Shown here piece after piece: positions 29,869-39,940 of a stretch of DNA of 64,000 nt; positions within the stretch are counted from its first letter, which is position 1; every line of letters begins with the position of its first letter. Origin of the DNA: Brevundimonas sp. (GTDB lineage: Bacteria; Pseudomonadota; Alphaproteobacteria; Caulobacterales; Caulobacteraceae); NCBI RefSeq assembly GCF_041688735.1, contig NZ_JBDNHO010000094.1, forward strand, positions 2,796 to 66,795. The letters are read 5' to 3'. A program made the translations under genes and the position numbers. The notes beneath the pieces were generated by a model, which made no database searches, was not told the origin of the DNA, and saw only the letters and a list, made by a program, of their open reading frames with translations.

Positions 29869-32166
29869 CTATTGGACCCGCGCGGTCGCGGCCCGGGACA
29901 CCTTGGCGTCTCGAAGCCCGCTCGCGGCGGCCGGTTGCACTGGGGATTTCAATGGGAAGATCAGGCACACGCGCGCGCCTGACAGGAGTTCGGCGTCGGC
30001 CAGCTTCAGCTCTCCGCCGTGTTCTTCGCAAATGCGTTTGACGATGGCGAGGCCCAGGCCGGTGCCCTTCTCGCGGGTCGTCACATAGGGTTCGGTCAAC
30101 CGGTCACGGTCCTTGGCGGGCAGGCCGATACCGTCGTCCTCGATGATGAAGGTCGCATTGTCGTCGTCGATGGTCAGGCGCGCCGATATGCCCGGACGCT
30201 CACCGTCACCGTCTTTCGGCGCGATGGCCCGCCGGGCAGCCACGGCCTCGCCCGCGTTCTTGAGGATATTGGCCAGCGCCTGACCGACCATCGGTCGATC
30301 CGCCTGCATCATGACCTCCGGCAAAGGGTCGATCAGGGCGACGCCGATGTCGGCCGCCGCCACGCGCTGAGCGAACACCGCCTCCCGCAGCAGCTCGGCC
30401 GGGTGCACCGGCGTGAAGCGCGGCGCGGGCATACGGGTGAATGACGAGAATTCGTCCACCATCCGACCGATGTCGCCCACCTGACGAATGATGGTCTCGG
30501 TGCAGCGATCGAACACCTCGACGTCGTCTCCGACTTGTTTGCGATAGCGCCGCCGCAACCGCTCGGCCGACAGCTGGATCGGCGTCAGTGGGTTCTTGAT
30601 CTCGTGCGCGATGCGCCGCGCCACGTCCCGCCAGGCCGCGTTGCGCTGGGCCGTCACCAGTCGGGTGATGTCGTCGAAGGTCAGCACCATCTCGCCCCCG
30701 ACACCGCCTTCAATGCGGACGCGCAGCCGTCGGGTCTCGCCGTCGCGGATGACGTCGATCTCTTCCTCGATGTGGGCCTCGGCGCGGCCGGCCAGTTCGC
30801 TGAGTTCCGGCGCGGCCTTGCCCAGGGGCTGACCGATGATCTCAGCGTCGGCCGACAGACCCAGCAGTTCCACCGCACTGTCGTTGATGGCCGATACCCG
30901 CCGCTGCTTGTCGACGCCGATGACGCCGGCGGACACACCGGACAGCACGGTCTCGATGAACAGGGTCCGCCCGGTTGCCTCCTCACTGGCGGTCCTCAAC
31001 GCCGCCTGCTGCGCCTCCAGATCGCCGGTCATGCGGTTGAAGGCGGCGGTCAGCGCCTTGATCTCGCCGGGCCCCTCATCTCCCACGACACGCGCCGTCA
31101 GATCACCGCCGGCGACGCGGTCCGCCGCCTCGACCAGCCGGCCGATGGGGGCCGAGATCGCGCTGGCCGCCGACATGCCCAGCCAGATGGCGCCTACCAG
31201 CACCAGCAGGGCGGTCTCGAGATAGCTGAGGGCGAACGCCGCCTGAATACGCTCCCGGCTCTCCTTCGCTTCTCGATAGGCGACGATCGATTCCTCAGCG
31301 TTCCTGAGCGTGGAGATCAGCCCCGGCTGCAAGGGCCGGACGACATACAGGAACACGTTGCCATAGTCCGGCAGTGGATAGATGACGCGAAGGGCATCAG
31401 GATTCTCCGTTACGGCACCCGGTGCCGTCTCTCCTTCGATAGCGATCTCCAGATCCGTTCTGGACGGCGCGAGATAGGGCGGCGCGCCTGCAATCTCTGT
31501 CTGAGCAAGGACATTGCCCCGCTCGTCGATGATGTAGAGTGCTGGATAGCCGAAGAAGTCAGCGATCTGCGACAACGACTGGGAAAACCAGATGCGGTCC
31601 TCAAAACCGGATCGAACTTCTGGCGCGCTCAACGCGTTGGCGATCGCCTCGAGGTCCGAGTTCACCGTCAGGTTGACGTCCCTCACGTAGGCGCGCCCTA
31701 TGCCAGCTCCGTTCTCGACCGCCGACTGAACATTGTCGCTGAACCACTGATCAACGCCCCGGTTGACCAGCACGCCAAACACCAGCGCGATCAGCACCGC
31801 CGGCACCAGGGCGACCAGCGAGAACATCGTCACAAACCGCAGATGCAGACGCGCGCCTGCATCCGTCCGACGCTGGAATAACGTAAAGGCGCGGCGCCCA
31901 ACGATGAAAACCAGTGCCAGGATGAGCAGCAGATTGACCAGGAGAATGGCCATCACGGCCCGGCTGGCCGTCGCGCGAGCCCCCTCCCCGCTGACGCCCG
32001 GCGCGGCGGCGACCAACCAGATGGCGGCGGCCGTGATCAGAAGGGCCACGGCATAGGCAATCAGGAAGGCGTTGCGTCGTCTGTCGTCAGACCAGCCGGA
32101 GAACCAGCGCGCCGGGCCTTGCGGTCCGGCGGCGGCAGGCTCAGCGGCGGTAGGCGCTTGCGTCAT
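29869..32166 (-). CDS. ntrY: Sensor histidine kinase NtrY
   Basis: 765 aa with N-terminal TM segments, HAMP, PAS, the HisKA H-box (IAHEIKNPLTPIQLSAERL) and HATPase (GTGLGLAIVKRI). Confidence 0.9.
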   Translation of the reverse strand: MTQAPTAAEPAAAGPQGPARWFSGWSDDRRRNAFLIAYAVALLITAAAIWLVAAAPGVSGEGARATASRAVMAILLVNLLLILALVFIVGRRAFTLFQRRTDAGARLHLRFVTMFSLVALVPAVLIALVFGVLVNRGVDQWFSDNVQSAVENGAGIGRAYVRDVNLTVNSDLEAIANALSAPEVRSGFEDRIWFSQSLSQIADFFGYPALYIIDERGNVLAQTEIAGAPPYLAPSRTDLEIAIEGETAPGAVTENPDALRVIYPLPDYGNVFLYVVRPLQPGLISTLRNAEESIVAYREAKESRERIQAAFALSYLETALLVLVGAIWLGMSAASAISAPIGRLVEAADRVAGGDLTARVVGDEGPGEIKALTAAFNRMTGDLEAQQAALRTASEEATGRTLFIETVLSGVSAGVIGVDKQRRVSAINDSAVELLGLSADAEIIGQPLGKAAPELSELAGRAEAHIEEEIDVIRDGETRRLRVRIEGGVGGEMVLTFDDITRLVTAQRNAAWRDVARRIAHEIKNPLTPIQLSAERLRRRYRKQVGDDVEVFDRCTETIIRQVGDIGRMVDEFSSFTRMPAPRFTPVHPAELLREAVFAQRVAAADIGVALIDPLPEVMMQADRPMVGQALANILKNAGEAVAARRAIAPKDGDGERPGISARLTIDDDNATFIIEDDGIGLPAKDRDRLTEPYVTTREKGTGLGLAIVKRICEEHGGELKLADAELLSGARVCLIFPLKSPVQPAAASGLRDAKVSRAATARVQ

Positions 32167-33215
32167 GCCTTTCCAGCTTCGACCAACTGTGACTTGATTT
32201 CAACAGCCGAGTTGCCAGAAAGCGTCACATTGAGCCACAGGGCGGTCAACTCTCGTTTGATGTCCGAAGCCTCGTCCAACCTGCACAGGTGCGACTTGGC
32301 GGCGCGTCGGTCGAGCGGATCGGCTGGCCATGGTGCCTGTTCCACATACCAGCCGAGGTGTTTGCGAAACATCTTCAGCCCCAGTGGCATGCCGTAGAAG
32401 TCGATCGAGGCGTCGAGATGCGCCAGGACGATACCCAACCGAGCGTCAACGCCGGGTTCATCGAGCACTGTCCCGTCCGCCAGCGCGCGCTCCAAATGTG
32501 CCGCCAGCCACGGACGGCCATAGACGCCCCGGCCCAGCATCAGGGCATCAGCGCCCGACTGTTTCAGCGCCTCGCGCGCGTCCTCGGCGTTCAGGATGTC
32601 GCCGTTGACGATGACAGGTATTCCAACCGCCGCCTTGACCTCGCCCACAGCCACCCAGTCTGCGCGACCTGTGTAGAACTGCTGGCGCGTGCGGCCGTGA
32701 ACGGTGACAGCCTTGATTCCAATGGCCTCGGCTCGTTTCGCCAGTTCGGCCGCATTGCGGTGGGCGTCGTCCCAGCCCAGGCGCATCTTCACGGTTACGG
32801 GACGGCTGGTGGCTTTCACCGCCGCCTCCATCAGGCGACAGGCCAGATCCGGCGTTCGCATCAAGGCCGAGCCGCAGGCCGAGCCCGTGACCTCCTTGGC
32901 GGGGCAGCCGAAATTCAGGTCGATGATGTCCGCGCCGGCCTGTTCGGCCATGCGTGTGCCCTCCGCCATGATCGCGGGATCGCGCCCCACCAGCTGGATG
33001 ACGGTCAGGGGAAGGCCGTCGCCGACGGCGGCGCGGCGTACCACGTCGGGTCGTCCGCGCGCCAGCTCGGCCGAGGCCACCATCTCGGTCGCGACATAGG
33101 CCGCGCCCAGCCGACAGGCCAGCCGGCGGAACGGCAGGTCGGTGATACCGGTCATGGGGGCGGTCAGCACCCGTCCGGGCACCCACACGTCGCCGATTTG
33201 CAAACCTGTCTTCAT
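32163..33215 (-). CDS. dusB: tRNA dihydrouridine synthase DusB (NifR3)
   Basis: LTAPMTGITDLPFR...DLNFGCPAKEV...VKMRLGWD motifs. The ATG at 33215 is preferred. The stop overlaps the ntrY ATG. Confidence 0.9.
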   Translation of the reverse strand: MKTGLQIGDVWVPGRVLTAPMTGITDLPFRRLACRLGAAYVATEMVASAELARGRPDVVRRAAVGDGLPLTVIQLVGRDPAIMAEGTRMAEQAGADIIDLNFGCPAKEVTGSACGSALMRTPDLACRLMEAAVKATSRPVTVKMRLGWDDAHRNAAELAKRAEAIGIKAVTVHGRTRQQFYTGRADWVAVGEVKAAVGIPVIVNGDILNAEDAREALKQSGADALMLGRGVYGRPWLAAHLERALADGTVLDEPGVDARLGIVLAHLDASIDFYGMPLGLKMFRKHLGWYVEQAPWPADPLDRRAAKSHLCRLDEASDIKRELTALWLNVTLSGNSAVEIKSQLVEAGKA

Positions 33216-33278
33216 CGGCCCCTTACCGCGCCGCATCTCCCTCTCGTCAAGCCTGACCACGGCGATTAGAAGGCCTGG

Positions 33279-34430
33279 ATGATCAGATCACTTCCCCCCT
33301 TCGCCGCCGTCGTCGTCGCCGCCGGCTCGGGTATGCGCGCGGGCGGTGCCAAGCAATGGCGCAGCCTTGCGGGCAAGCCTGTGGTCCGCTGGTCGATCGA
33401 GGCGCTGCTCGACGGCGGTGCGGAGGACCTCGTCCTAGTCGTCGCGCCCGAAGCCCGTCCGGACGCCGAGGCGTGTCTGTCCGACCTGACGGGATGGCGG
33501 TTGGCTGACGGCGGCGCGACGCGGGCGGATTCGGTCCGTAACGGACTGGAAGCGCTCGGTGGGCCGGAGACTCGAGCCGTGCTGGTCCACGACGCTGCGC
33601 GGCCCTTGCTCACTGCGTCCGTGATTGGTCGCGTCTTGCACGCGTTGGAGGACGCCGACGGTGCCCTGCCCGCCTTGCCGGTGGCCGACAGCCTGCGCCG
33701 CGCGACCGACGGGGTGATGGCGGGCGCGGTGAATCGCGAGGCCCTGTGGCGCGCCCAGACTCCCCAGGCCTTCCGGTTTCGGACACTCGTCGATGCCTAT
33801 GCCGCCTGGCCCACGGGCGAGACCGCGACCGATGAGGCGACCGTGGTCGAGCGCGCCGGCGGCCGGGTGCGCATCGTCGAAGGCGACGCCCGCCTGCTAA
33901 AACTTACCTACCCTGAGGATTTCGCCATGGCCGAAGCGCTCATTCCCCGACAGATTCGCGTCGGTCAGGGCTTTGACGCCCACCGCTGGGGTCCCGGGAC
34001 CTCGGTCTGGCTCTGCGGCGTCGAGATCGCCCATGACCAGACCCTGATCGGCCATTCCGACGCTGACGCCGGACTGCACGCCCTCACCGACGCCATCCTC
34101 GGCGCCATGGGCGATGGCGACATCGGCGATCATTTCCCGCCCACCGATCCGCAGTGGAAGGGCGCGTCGTCCGACCTGTTCCTGATCCATGCGGTGGAAC
34201 GGTTGACGGCGCGTGGCGGTCGTCTGGTCAATGTCGACGTCACCCTGATCTGCGAGCGCCCCAAGGTGAAGCCGCACCGTCAGGCCATGCGCGAGCGGCT
34301 GGCGGCCCTGCTGTCGCTTCCGCTCGACGCCGTCAGCGTCAAGGCCACGACGACCGAGGCCATGGGCTTCACCGGGCGCGGCGAAGGGTTGGCGGCCCAG
34401 GCGTTGGCCACCATCGAGCTGCCGGCTTGA
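33279..34430 (+). CDS. ispDF: Bifunctional 2-C-methyl-D-erythritol 4-phosphate cytidylyltransferase / MEcPP synthase
   Basis: N-terminal IspD (AAGSGMRAG) and C-terminal IspF (GQGFDAHRW...[15 protein letters not shown]). Confidence 0.95.
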   Translation: MIRSLPPFAAVVVAAGSGMRAGGAKQWRSLAGKPVVRWSIEALLDGGAEDLVLVVAPEARPDAEACLSDLTGWRLADGGATRADSVRNGLEALGGPETRAVLVHDAARPLLTASVIGRVLHALEDADGALPALPVADSLRRATDGVMAGAVNREALWRAQTPQAFRFRTLVDAYAAWPTGETATDEATVVERAGGRVRIVEGDARLLKLTYPEDFAMAEALIPRQIRVGQGFDAHRWGPGTSVWLCGVEIAHDQTLIGHSDADAGLHALTDAILGAMGDGDIGDHFPPTDPQWKGASSDLFLIHAVERLTARGGRLVNVDVTLICERPKVKPHRQAMRERLAALLSLPLDAVSVKATTTEAMGFTGRGEGLAAQALATIELPA

Positions 34431-34431
34431 C

Positions 34432-36729
34432 CTACATCGGGCGTTCGGGCGGCGGATTAAAGGTTCGCCATAACGCTCCGAATAGATTGACATAGTCGTC
34501 GGTCCAGGGCTGGACCGTGGCCTTGGGCGAGGCCGTCCAGTCGGGGTTCGTCCTGAAGTCGGCCAGTCCCTGCTCCGTCGGCGATATGATCACCGCTTCG
34601 GTGGACGCCACCGCCATGTCGGGCCGACTGTCGTCCTCAAGGTACAGGGCGTGCATGCTCGGCTTGCCGAGCGCATTGGCCGCGGCGATGGCCGGCAGAG
34701 TGATGTCCAGGTTTCGGTTCGACAGATGCAGCAGGACGACGCCGGTCGGTTTCACCAGCCGCAGATAACCCTCGATCGCCTCGATGGTCATCAGGTGCGT
34801 CGGCACGGCGTCCGAAGAGAAGGCGTCGATGATCAAGAGGTCATAGCTTCCGACCGGCTCTTTCGCGAGCGTCAGCCGGGCATCGCCCAGCACCGTCTTG
34901 ATGTCGCCAACGGCGCAGGTCGAGATGTAGGTGAACCAGCGCGGGTCGCGCGACAGCCGATCGACCATGGGGTCGATCTCGAAGAAGGTCATCTGATCTT
35001 CGGCGCGCTTGTAGGCGGCCATTGCGCCTGAGCCCTGCCCGACGACGCCGATGTTGGCTGGACCCCGCGCCGCGATGATCTCGGCCGCCTGACCGATGGG
35101 CGTGACACGGTCGTAGTAGAGAACGGGTTGGCAATCGAACCGCTCGTCGCGGGCTTGCGCTCCATGCAGGGTGGTCCCGTGCATCATCACATGGACATCG
35201 CCGCCCATCCGTGGGTCCTGCGTGTTGGCCACCCGCATCACGCCGAAGAAGCTGCGTTCCGAATAGCCCCAGTCATAGCCGCGCGCGACGTACTGGGCCG
35301 AGAGGGTGATCATCACCAGTGTGGCCGTGAAGGCCAGGGCGCGGTCTCTCAGCAGGAAGGCGCAGATAGCGGCCGGGGCCAGGATGATCATGCCCAGTTG
35401 CGAGAAGGTGGTGCCGGGCACCATCCGGTAAAAGGCGGCGCGGGCGTCGTCGTCTGCCGTCAGCCACATCGACAAAACGACGGGAAGCAGGCAGAGGGCC
35501 GCCGCCGCCACAAGGGTGCCGACTTCCTCGCCACGCAGCCGCCCACGACCCCAGGGGCGGACCAGTCCGACAAGGACCAGCACCAGTGGATACTCCCAGA
35601 CCATGTTGAAGATCACGGGTGCCAGCAGAGCCGTGAAGGCACCACCGACCACGCCGCCCAGCGACATCAGCAGGTAGAATTCCGTCAACCGGTCTGGTGC
35701 GGGGCGTCGCGACGCCAGGATCTGGTGGCACATCAGGGTGGCGAAGAAGAAGGCCAGCAGGTGCAGCGGGAAGGCGATAAACCAGTCCAGCGAGCGGAAT
35801 GCCACGATGACGACGCACAGCGCCCCGACCGCGCCCTGGATGATCAGCGTCACGTTCAGCGGAATCCACGGCCTGTTCTGGAAGGCGATGACGAACGTCA
35901 GCAGATAGAGCGCCAGCGGCGCGACCCACAGGAAGGGCGCGGAGGCCACATCCGTCGACAGGTGGGCGGTGACCCCCAACATCAGGCTGGACGGCGCGGC
36001 GGCCAACAGGACGAGGATGGCCTTGTCGCGCCAGGTCATGGGCGCGCTATGGGCCAGGGGCGCAGGCTCGGCCGAGCGATCAAGTCTTCGGCTCCAGACC
36101 ACGGCGGCCAGCGCCACGACCATCATCATGAACACCGCGTAGCCGCCGCTCCACCCGAGCCGCTGGGCCGAGAGGGTCGAAAGCGGCTCGATCAGCAGCG
36201 GATAGGACAGCAGAGCCAGGAAGCTGCCGAGATTTGAAGCGGCATAGAGGACGTAAGGGTTCTGGCCGTCGGCATATCCCGCCCGGACGCGCGCATACCA
36301 GGCCTGAAGCAGCGGCGCCGTCGCCGACAGCACCGCGAACGGCGCGCCGACCGAGAGTGCCAGCGTGGCCAGAAGCCAGCCGATCGGAGCCGATGGATTG
36401 GGTTCGCCCATCAGGGCGTTAATCTGCAGCGGCAGGAAGAAGGCTGCGGCCAGCAGCAGGACCAGATGGATCGCCACCTGCAGCTTGATCGACCCGACCC
36501 GCTGCAAGGCGTGCGCATAGCCGTATCCGGCCAGCAACGCCGTCTGGAAGAAGACCATCGCCGTGTTCCACACCGCCGGCGATCCGCCGAGCATCGGCAG
36601 AACCAGCTTGGTCACCATCGGCTGGACCACAAAGACCAGCGAAGCCGAGGTGAAGATGGTGACGGCGAAAAGGAAAGGCGTGAGGCGGTCGCCGGTTTTC
36701 GCGCCGGTGTCCATGGTGGTGTCGCTCAT
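34432..36729 (-). CDS. Fused polytopic membrane domain / spermidine synthase-like protein
   Basis: About 765 aa with more than 12 TM helices, followed by a SAM-MTase/spermidine-synthase-like domain (VGQGSGAMA...DLLIIDAFSSDAVPTHL). The ATG at 36729 is preferred to the longer ORF, which would overlap cinA. Confidence 0.8.
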   Translation of the reverse strand: MSDTTMDTGAKTGDRLTPFLFAVTIFTSASLVFVVQPMVTKLVLPMLGGSPAVWNTAMVFFQTALLAGYGYAHALQRVGSIKLQVAIHLVLLLAAAFFLPLQINALMGEPNPSAPIGWLLATLALSVGAPFAVLSATAPLLQAWYARVRAGYADGQNPYVLYAASNLGSFLALLSYPLLIEPLSTLSAQRLGWSGGYAVFMMMVVALAAVVWSRRLDRSAEPAPLAHSAPMTWRDKAILVLLAAAPSSLMLGVTAHLSTDVASAPFLWVAPLALYLLTFVIAFQNRPWIPLNVTLIIQGAVGALCVVIVAFRSLDWFIAFPLHLLAFFFATLMCHQILASRRPAPDRLTEFYLLMSLGGVVGGAFTALLAPVIFNMVWEYPLVLVLVGLVRPWGRGRLRGEEVGTLVAAAALCLLPVVLSMWLTADDDARAAFYRMVPGTTFSQLGMIILAPAAICAFLLRDRALAFTATLVMITLSAQYVARGYDWGYSERSFFGVMRVANTQDPRMGGDVHVMMHGTTLHGAQARDERFDCQPVLYYDRVTPIGQAAEIIAARGPANIGVVGQGSGAMAAYKRAEDQMTFFEIDPMVDRLSRDPRWFTYISTCAVGDIKTVLGDARLTLAKEPVGSYDLLIIDAFSSDAVPTHLMTIEAIEGYLRLVKPTGVVLLHLSNRNLDITLPAIAAANALGKPSMHALYLEDDSRPDMAVASTEAVIISPTEQGLADFRTNPDWTASPKATVQPWTDDYVNLFGALWRTFNPPPERPM

Positions 36730-36812
36730 GCCCGCCCCGTATGCTGGCACCGTCAAGGGCGCGCAGACCATCCTAGACCGACTCGCGCCCGCTTCGGAAA
36801 GGCCCCGGATCC

Positions 36813-37304
36813 ATGTTTGCTGACGACATCCAGAACTTGGCGGCGCGCGTGGTCGCTGCGGCCGCGGCGAGAGGTGTTTTGGTCGCCACGGCCGAGAGTT
36901 GCACCGGTGGCCTCGTCTCCGCCGCACTCACCGCCGTGCCGGGTTCGTCCGCCGTGCTGGACCGGGGATTCGTGACCTACAGCAACGCCGCCAAGATCGA
37001 TCTGCTCGGGGTGCCGGCCGAAACGCTCGAAGCACGTGGCGCGGTTTCTGAACCCGTCGCGCGCGCCATGGCCGAGGGCGCGACGGCCCGGTCCGGGGCG
37101 AGCGTTTCAGTGGCCGTCACGGGCGTCGCGGGACCGGGCGGCGGCACGGACGACAAGCCCGTGGGCCTGGTTCATTTCGCAGCCGTGGGTCCTGCGGGGA
37201 CGATCCACGTCGAACATCGGTTCGGCGACCTGGGCCGCGACCGGGTGCGGCTGGAAAGCACGCGCGTGGCGCTCGACCTTCTGCTGGACAGGATCGGCGC
37301 GTGA
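36813..37304 (+). CDS. CinA-family nicotinamide-nucleotide amidohydrolase (PncC domain only)
   Basis: 163 aa with TAESCTGGLVSAALTAVPGSS and GLVHFA motifs. Confidence 0.85.
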   Translation: MFADDIQNLAARVVAAAAARGVLVATAESCTGGLVSAALTAVPGSSAVLDRGFVTYSNAAKIDLLGVPAETLEARGAVSEPVARAMAEGATARSGASVSVAVTGVAGPGGGTDDKPVGLVHFAAVGPAGTIHVEHRFGDLGRDRVRLESTRVALDLLLDRIGA

Positions 37305-37531
37305 TTGTCGACGCACGGGGTCACCGCTGTCCGGTCCCCAGCCTGATGCTGCGCAAGACATTGCTGGAGACGCGGCCGGGAGACCGGGTGACACTGTTGG
37401 CGACCGACGCCATGGCCCGGATCGACGTGCCCTTCCTTATGGAGGATCTGGGCGGCGAGGTGGTCTCGATGGATGAGACTGACGGCGTCCTGACTATCGT
37501 TGTCGGGATGCCCGCCGCTCTGACAAACTGA
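37301..37531 (+). CDS. TusA/SirA-like sulfurtransferase family protein
   Basis: 76 aa with the DARGHRCPVP (CPxP) active-site motif. Its GTG start overlaps the cinA stop. Confidence 0.75.
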   Translation: MIVDARGHRCPVPSLMLRKTLLETRPGDRVTLLATDAMARIDVPFLMEDLGGEVVSMDETDGVLTIVVGMPAALTN

Positions 37532-38468
37532 CGACCGATTCCGGCAGGGGTTCGGTCGGTTCCAGCTCCGGCGCGCCCATCGACCTTTCGGCGATCTCCA
37601 TCTCGGTGGCGAAGGCCCCGCCGTAGAAGATGGCGTTGACGTTCCACGACAACCAGATCAGCAGGACCACGAAAGCGCCGACCGAGCCGTAGGTCGCGCC
37701 CAGCGGAGCGATCTGCTCGACGTATATGGCGCACAGCCAGGACGAGACCGTGGACATTACGGTGGCCACCGCCCCACCCGTCACCGCCGGGAACCAGGCG
37801 ACCGGCGTGCGGTGTGACATGGCGTATCGGTACATCAGGGTGAGTCCGACCCCTAGCCCAAGCGCCGGCCACAATCCCGCCAGCGGCAGGCCGCCGCCGC
37901 CGCCACCGCCGTCGCCCGCCGTCATGGCTGCGGCATCCAGCAGGCGGGACGTCACGACCGCTCCCGACACCACGGTGAACAAGGCGAAGGCGAACAAGGC
38001 CACGATAAATGCCAACAGGTTGAACTTTAGAAATCCGTGTGGCTCGGTTTCGTCGTGTATAAGATTAAGACCGGCCAACAAAGCCTTGAATCCTCTATGT
38101 GCGGCGTATCCGCCAATGATCAGGGCGAAGGCGCTCTGGGCCGAAACCGTGCTGGCGGAAGCATTGGCCAGTCGCTCGACCTCGGCGCGGAAGATGGCCC
38201 TCGCGGCATAGGGCATGACGTCGGCCAGAGCTGCGGCCTGCTCGCTGACCTGTCCAATGGACAGCACCGCCTTGTAGAAGCCGATCAGGATGGCGATGGC
38301 CGGAAAGACCGCCAACAGGGCGAAAAAGGACACCCCGCCCGTGTACAACATGACGTCGCGACCCCAGCTGCGCGCGAACGCCTTGACGGCCAGCCGCCCC
38401 CAGAGTTTGGGCGAGGCCCAGCGAATGGCCTCTTCAATGTCAGCCTTGGCTTGCAATCCGGTTCCCAT
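37494..38468 (-). CDS. YihY/BrkB family inner membrane protein
   Basis: 324 aa, polytopic, with GGVSFFALLAVFPAI typical of the YihY family. Confidence 0.85.
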   Translation of the reverse strand: MGTGLQAKADIEEAIRWASPKLWGRLAVKAFARSWGRDVMLYTGGVSFFALLAVFPAIAILIGFYKAVLSIGQVSEQAAALADVMPYAARAIFRAEVERLANASASTVSAQSAFALIIGGYAAHRGFKALLAGLNLIHDETEPHGFLKFNLLAFIVALFAFALFTVVSGAVVTSRLLDAAAMTAGDGGGGGGGLPLAGLWPALGLGVGLTLMYRYAMSHRTPVAWFPAVTGGAVATVMSTVSSWLCAIYVEQIAPLGATYGSVGAFVVLLIWLSWNVNAIFYGGAFATEMEIAERSMGAPELEPTEPLPESVVSLSERRASRQR

Positions 38469-38554
38469 AGCCGCCCCGAATCCGCACGTTTAACCGATTT
38501 CGTCGTCGGGGAAAGGACGGCCGTCGCCGTTGCTTCGCCCCCCCCACCCTCGCT

Positions 38555-39931
38555 ATGCTCGACACCTGTTCGTCCGGGGCTGCGGGCTGGTCCGCGGCTG
38601 GAGATTCCATATTGTCTTCCGATCCGCGCATTCTGGTCGTCGCGCCCGACGACGACCTGATCGGCTCCCTGTGTCAGGGGCTCGACGCCCTGGGCTGGCG
38701 CACGGTGACGGCGCGGACTCTGGCCGGCGCGATTCAGGTCCTGATCGACTGGCCGCTGGAAACCGTGATCATCGATGCTCGTATTCCGGACGCGGCGGAT
38801 GGCGTCGGGGCCCTGCGCCAGGCCGTCACGCCCCGCCGCTTGCCGGTGTTGGCCATCGGCGCGGACGCTGTCGACTGGGCGCCCGGCATCGCCGATATCG
38901 CCATGTCCATCGCGCCCCACGCCGCCCAGGCCGCGCTCCGGCTCGAAAATCTCGTGCGTTCGGCCATCGCCGAAGAGGAGGTCTCCGTGCGCGAGGCCAC
39001 CTTCGCGGCGCGAGGCGAGCCGCTGACGCCGCCCCATCTCGACGCGACCCCGTTGCGGGTGCTCGCGGCGGGCAAGCCGGACCTGCATTTCCTGGCCTTG
39101 TCCAATGCCCTGACCGACCGGGGCTGCGAGGTCGTGGCCGCGCCGACGCCCTATACGGCCTTCGACTATCTGCATGAGCGCCCTTTCGACGCCGCCGTCC
39201 TGTGGGGCGCCGAGGACCACGCTCCGGCTCTGTCGATCGCCTCGGGCATGAAGCGGAATACGCGCCTCTATCACATCCCGGCGGTCCTCTATCTGCGCGG
39301 CGCGGGTGAGATAAACCTGTCCGAACTCTACAATCGCGGCTTCGCTGATGTCGCTGCTGCGGACACACCGGAGGTCGAGACTGCGGAGCGGATCGCTACC
39401 CTGGCCCGGGCGCATCGCCGACACGTCGCCATTCGCAAGGCCCTGGAGAGCGCGAGGGGGTCCGGCCTGACCGACCCGACGACCGGCCTGTTCACGCCGG
39501 AACTGTTCGCCAGCCACCTCGCCCGCGTGGCGGAGGGCGCGCGTCTGCGTCGTCGGCCGCTGTCCGTTGCCGTCCTGCGCGTCGGCGGGTCAGAAACGCT
39601 CACCGAAGCGCGCGAGGGGGGGTGGCTTGATCGCGCCTTGCCCCAGATCGGCGCCATGGTGTCGCGCCTGATTCGCACCGAAGACACCGCCGCGAGACTG
39701 TCCCCCGACGTGTTTGCCCTGGCGCTGCCCGCGACGCGGGGCGAGGCTGCCCGCATCGCCGCCGAGCGCATCGCCGCCGTCATCGGCTGCACTGCTTTCG
39801 ACGCGGGCCCCGAGCGCGCTCCGTTCGTGGTGGAGTTCGACGTCGGCGTAGCTGAAATTTCGCCGGGCGAATCGCCCGCCTCTGTCCTGACCCGCGCGTC
39901 CGACGCCTTGAAACAAGCCACCGCAGCCTGA
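38555..39931 (+). CDS. PleD-paralog-like protein: two receiver-like domains plus a degenerate GGDEF domain (PopA-like)
   Basis: Rec-like segments (RILVVAPDDD...VIIDARIPD and RVLAAGKPD...). The C-terminal GGDEF fold has an RTED I-site, then five residues, then SPDVF in place of GG(D/E)EF. Confidence 0.7.
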   Translation: MLDTCSSGAAGWSAAGDSILSSDPRILVVAPDDDLIGSLCQGLDALGWRTVTARTLAGAIQVLIDWPLETVIIDARIPDAADGVGALRQAVTPRRLPVLAIGADAVDWAPGIADIAMSIAPHAAQAALRLENLVRSAIAEEEVSVREATFAARGEPLTPPHLDATPLRVLAAGKPDLHFLALSNALTDRGCEVVAAPTPYTAFDYLHERPFDAAVLWGAEDHAPALSIASGMKRNTRLYHIPAVLYLRGAGEINLSELYNRGFADVAAADTPEVETAERIATLARAHRRHVAIRKALESARGSGLTDPTTGLFTPELFASHLARVAEGARLRRRPLSVAVLRVGGSETLTEAREGGWLDRALPQIGAMVSRLIRTEDTAARLSPDVFALALPATRGEAARIAAERIAAVIGCTAFDAGPERAPFVVEFDVGVAEISPGESPASVLTRASDALKQATAA

Positions 39932-39940
39932 TTCGTAACG

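Noticed and set aside
34432-36927. N-terminal extensions of the longest ORFs. Examples: 36927 for the fused membrane/spermidine-synthase gene, 21119 for wrbA, 50462 for kdsA, 50263 for the photolyase, 27545 for hfq and 14010 for the thioredoxin gene.
   Set aside because: The extensions are Arg/Pro-rich, overlap neighbouring genes or promoters, and precede internal ATGs that match the expected family N-termini.
37890-37904. (GCC)5 trinucleotide repeat inside yihY encoding a poly-Gly run, as possible phase variation.
   Set aside because: The repeat unit is 3 nt, so length changes stay in frame. Short GCC runs are expected by chance in this GC content.
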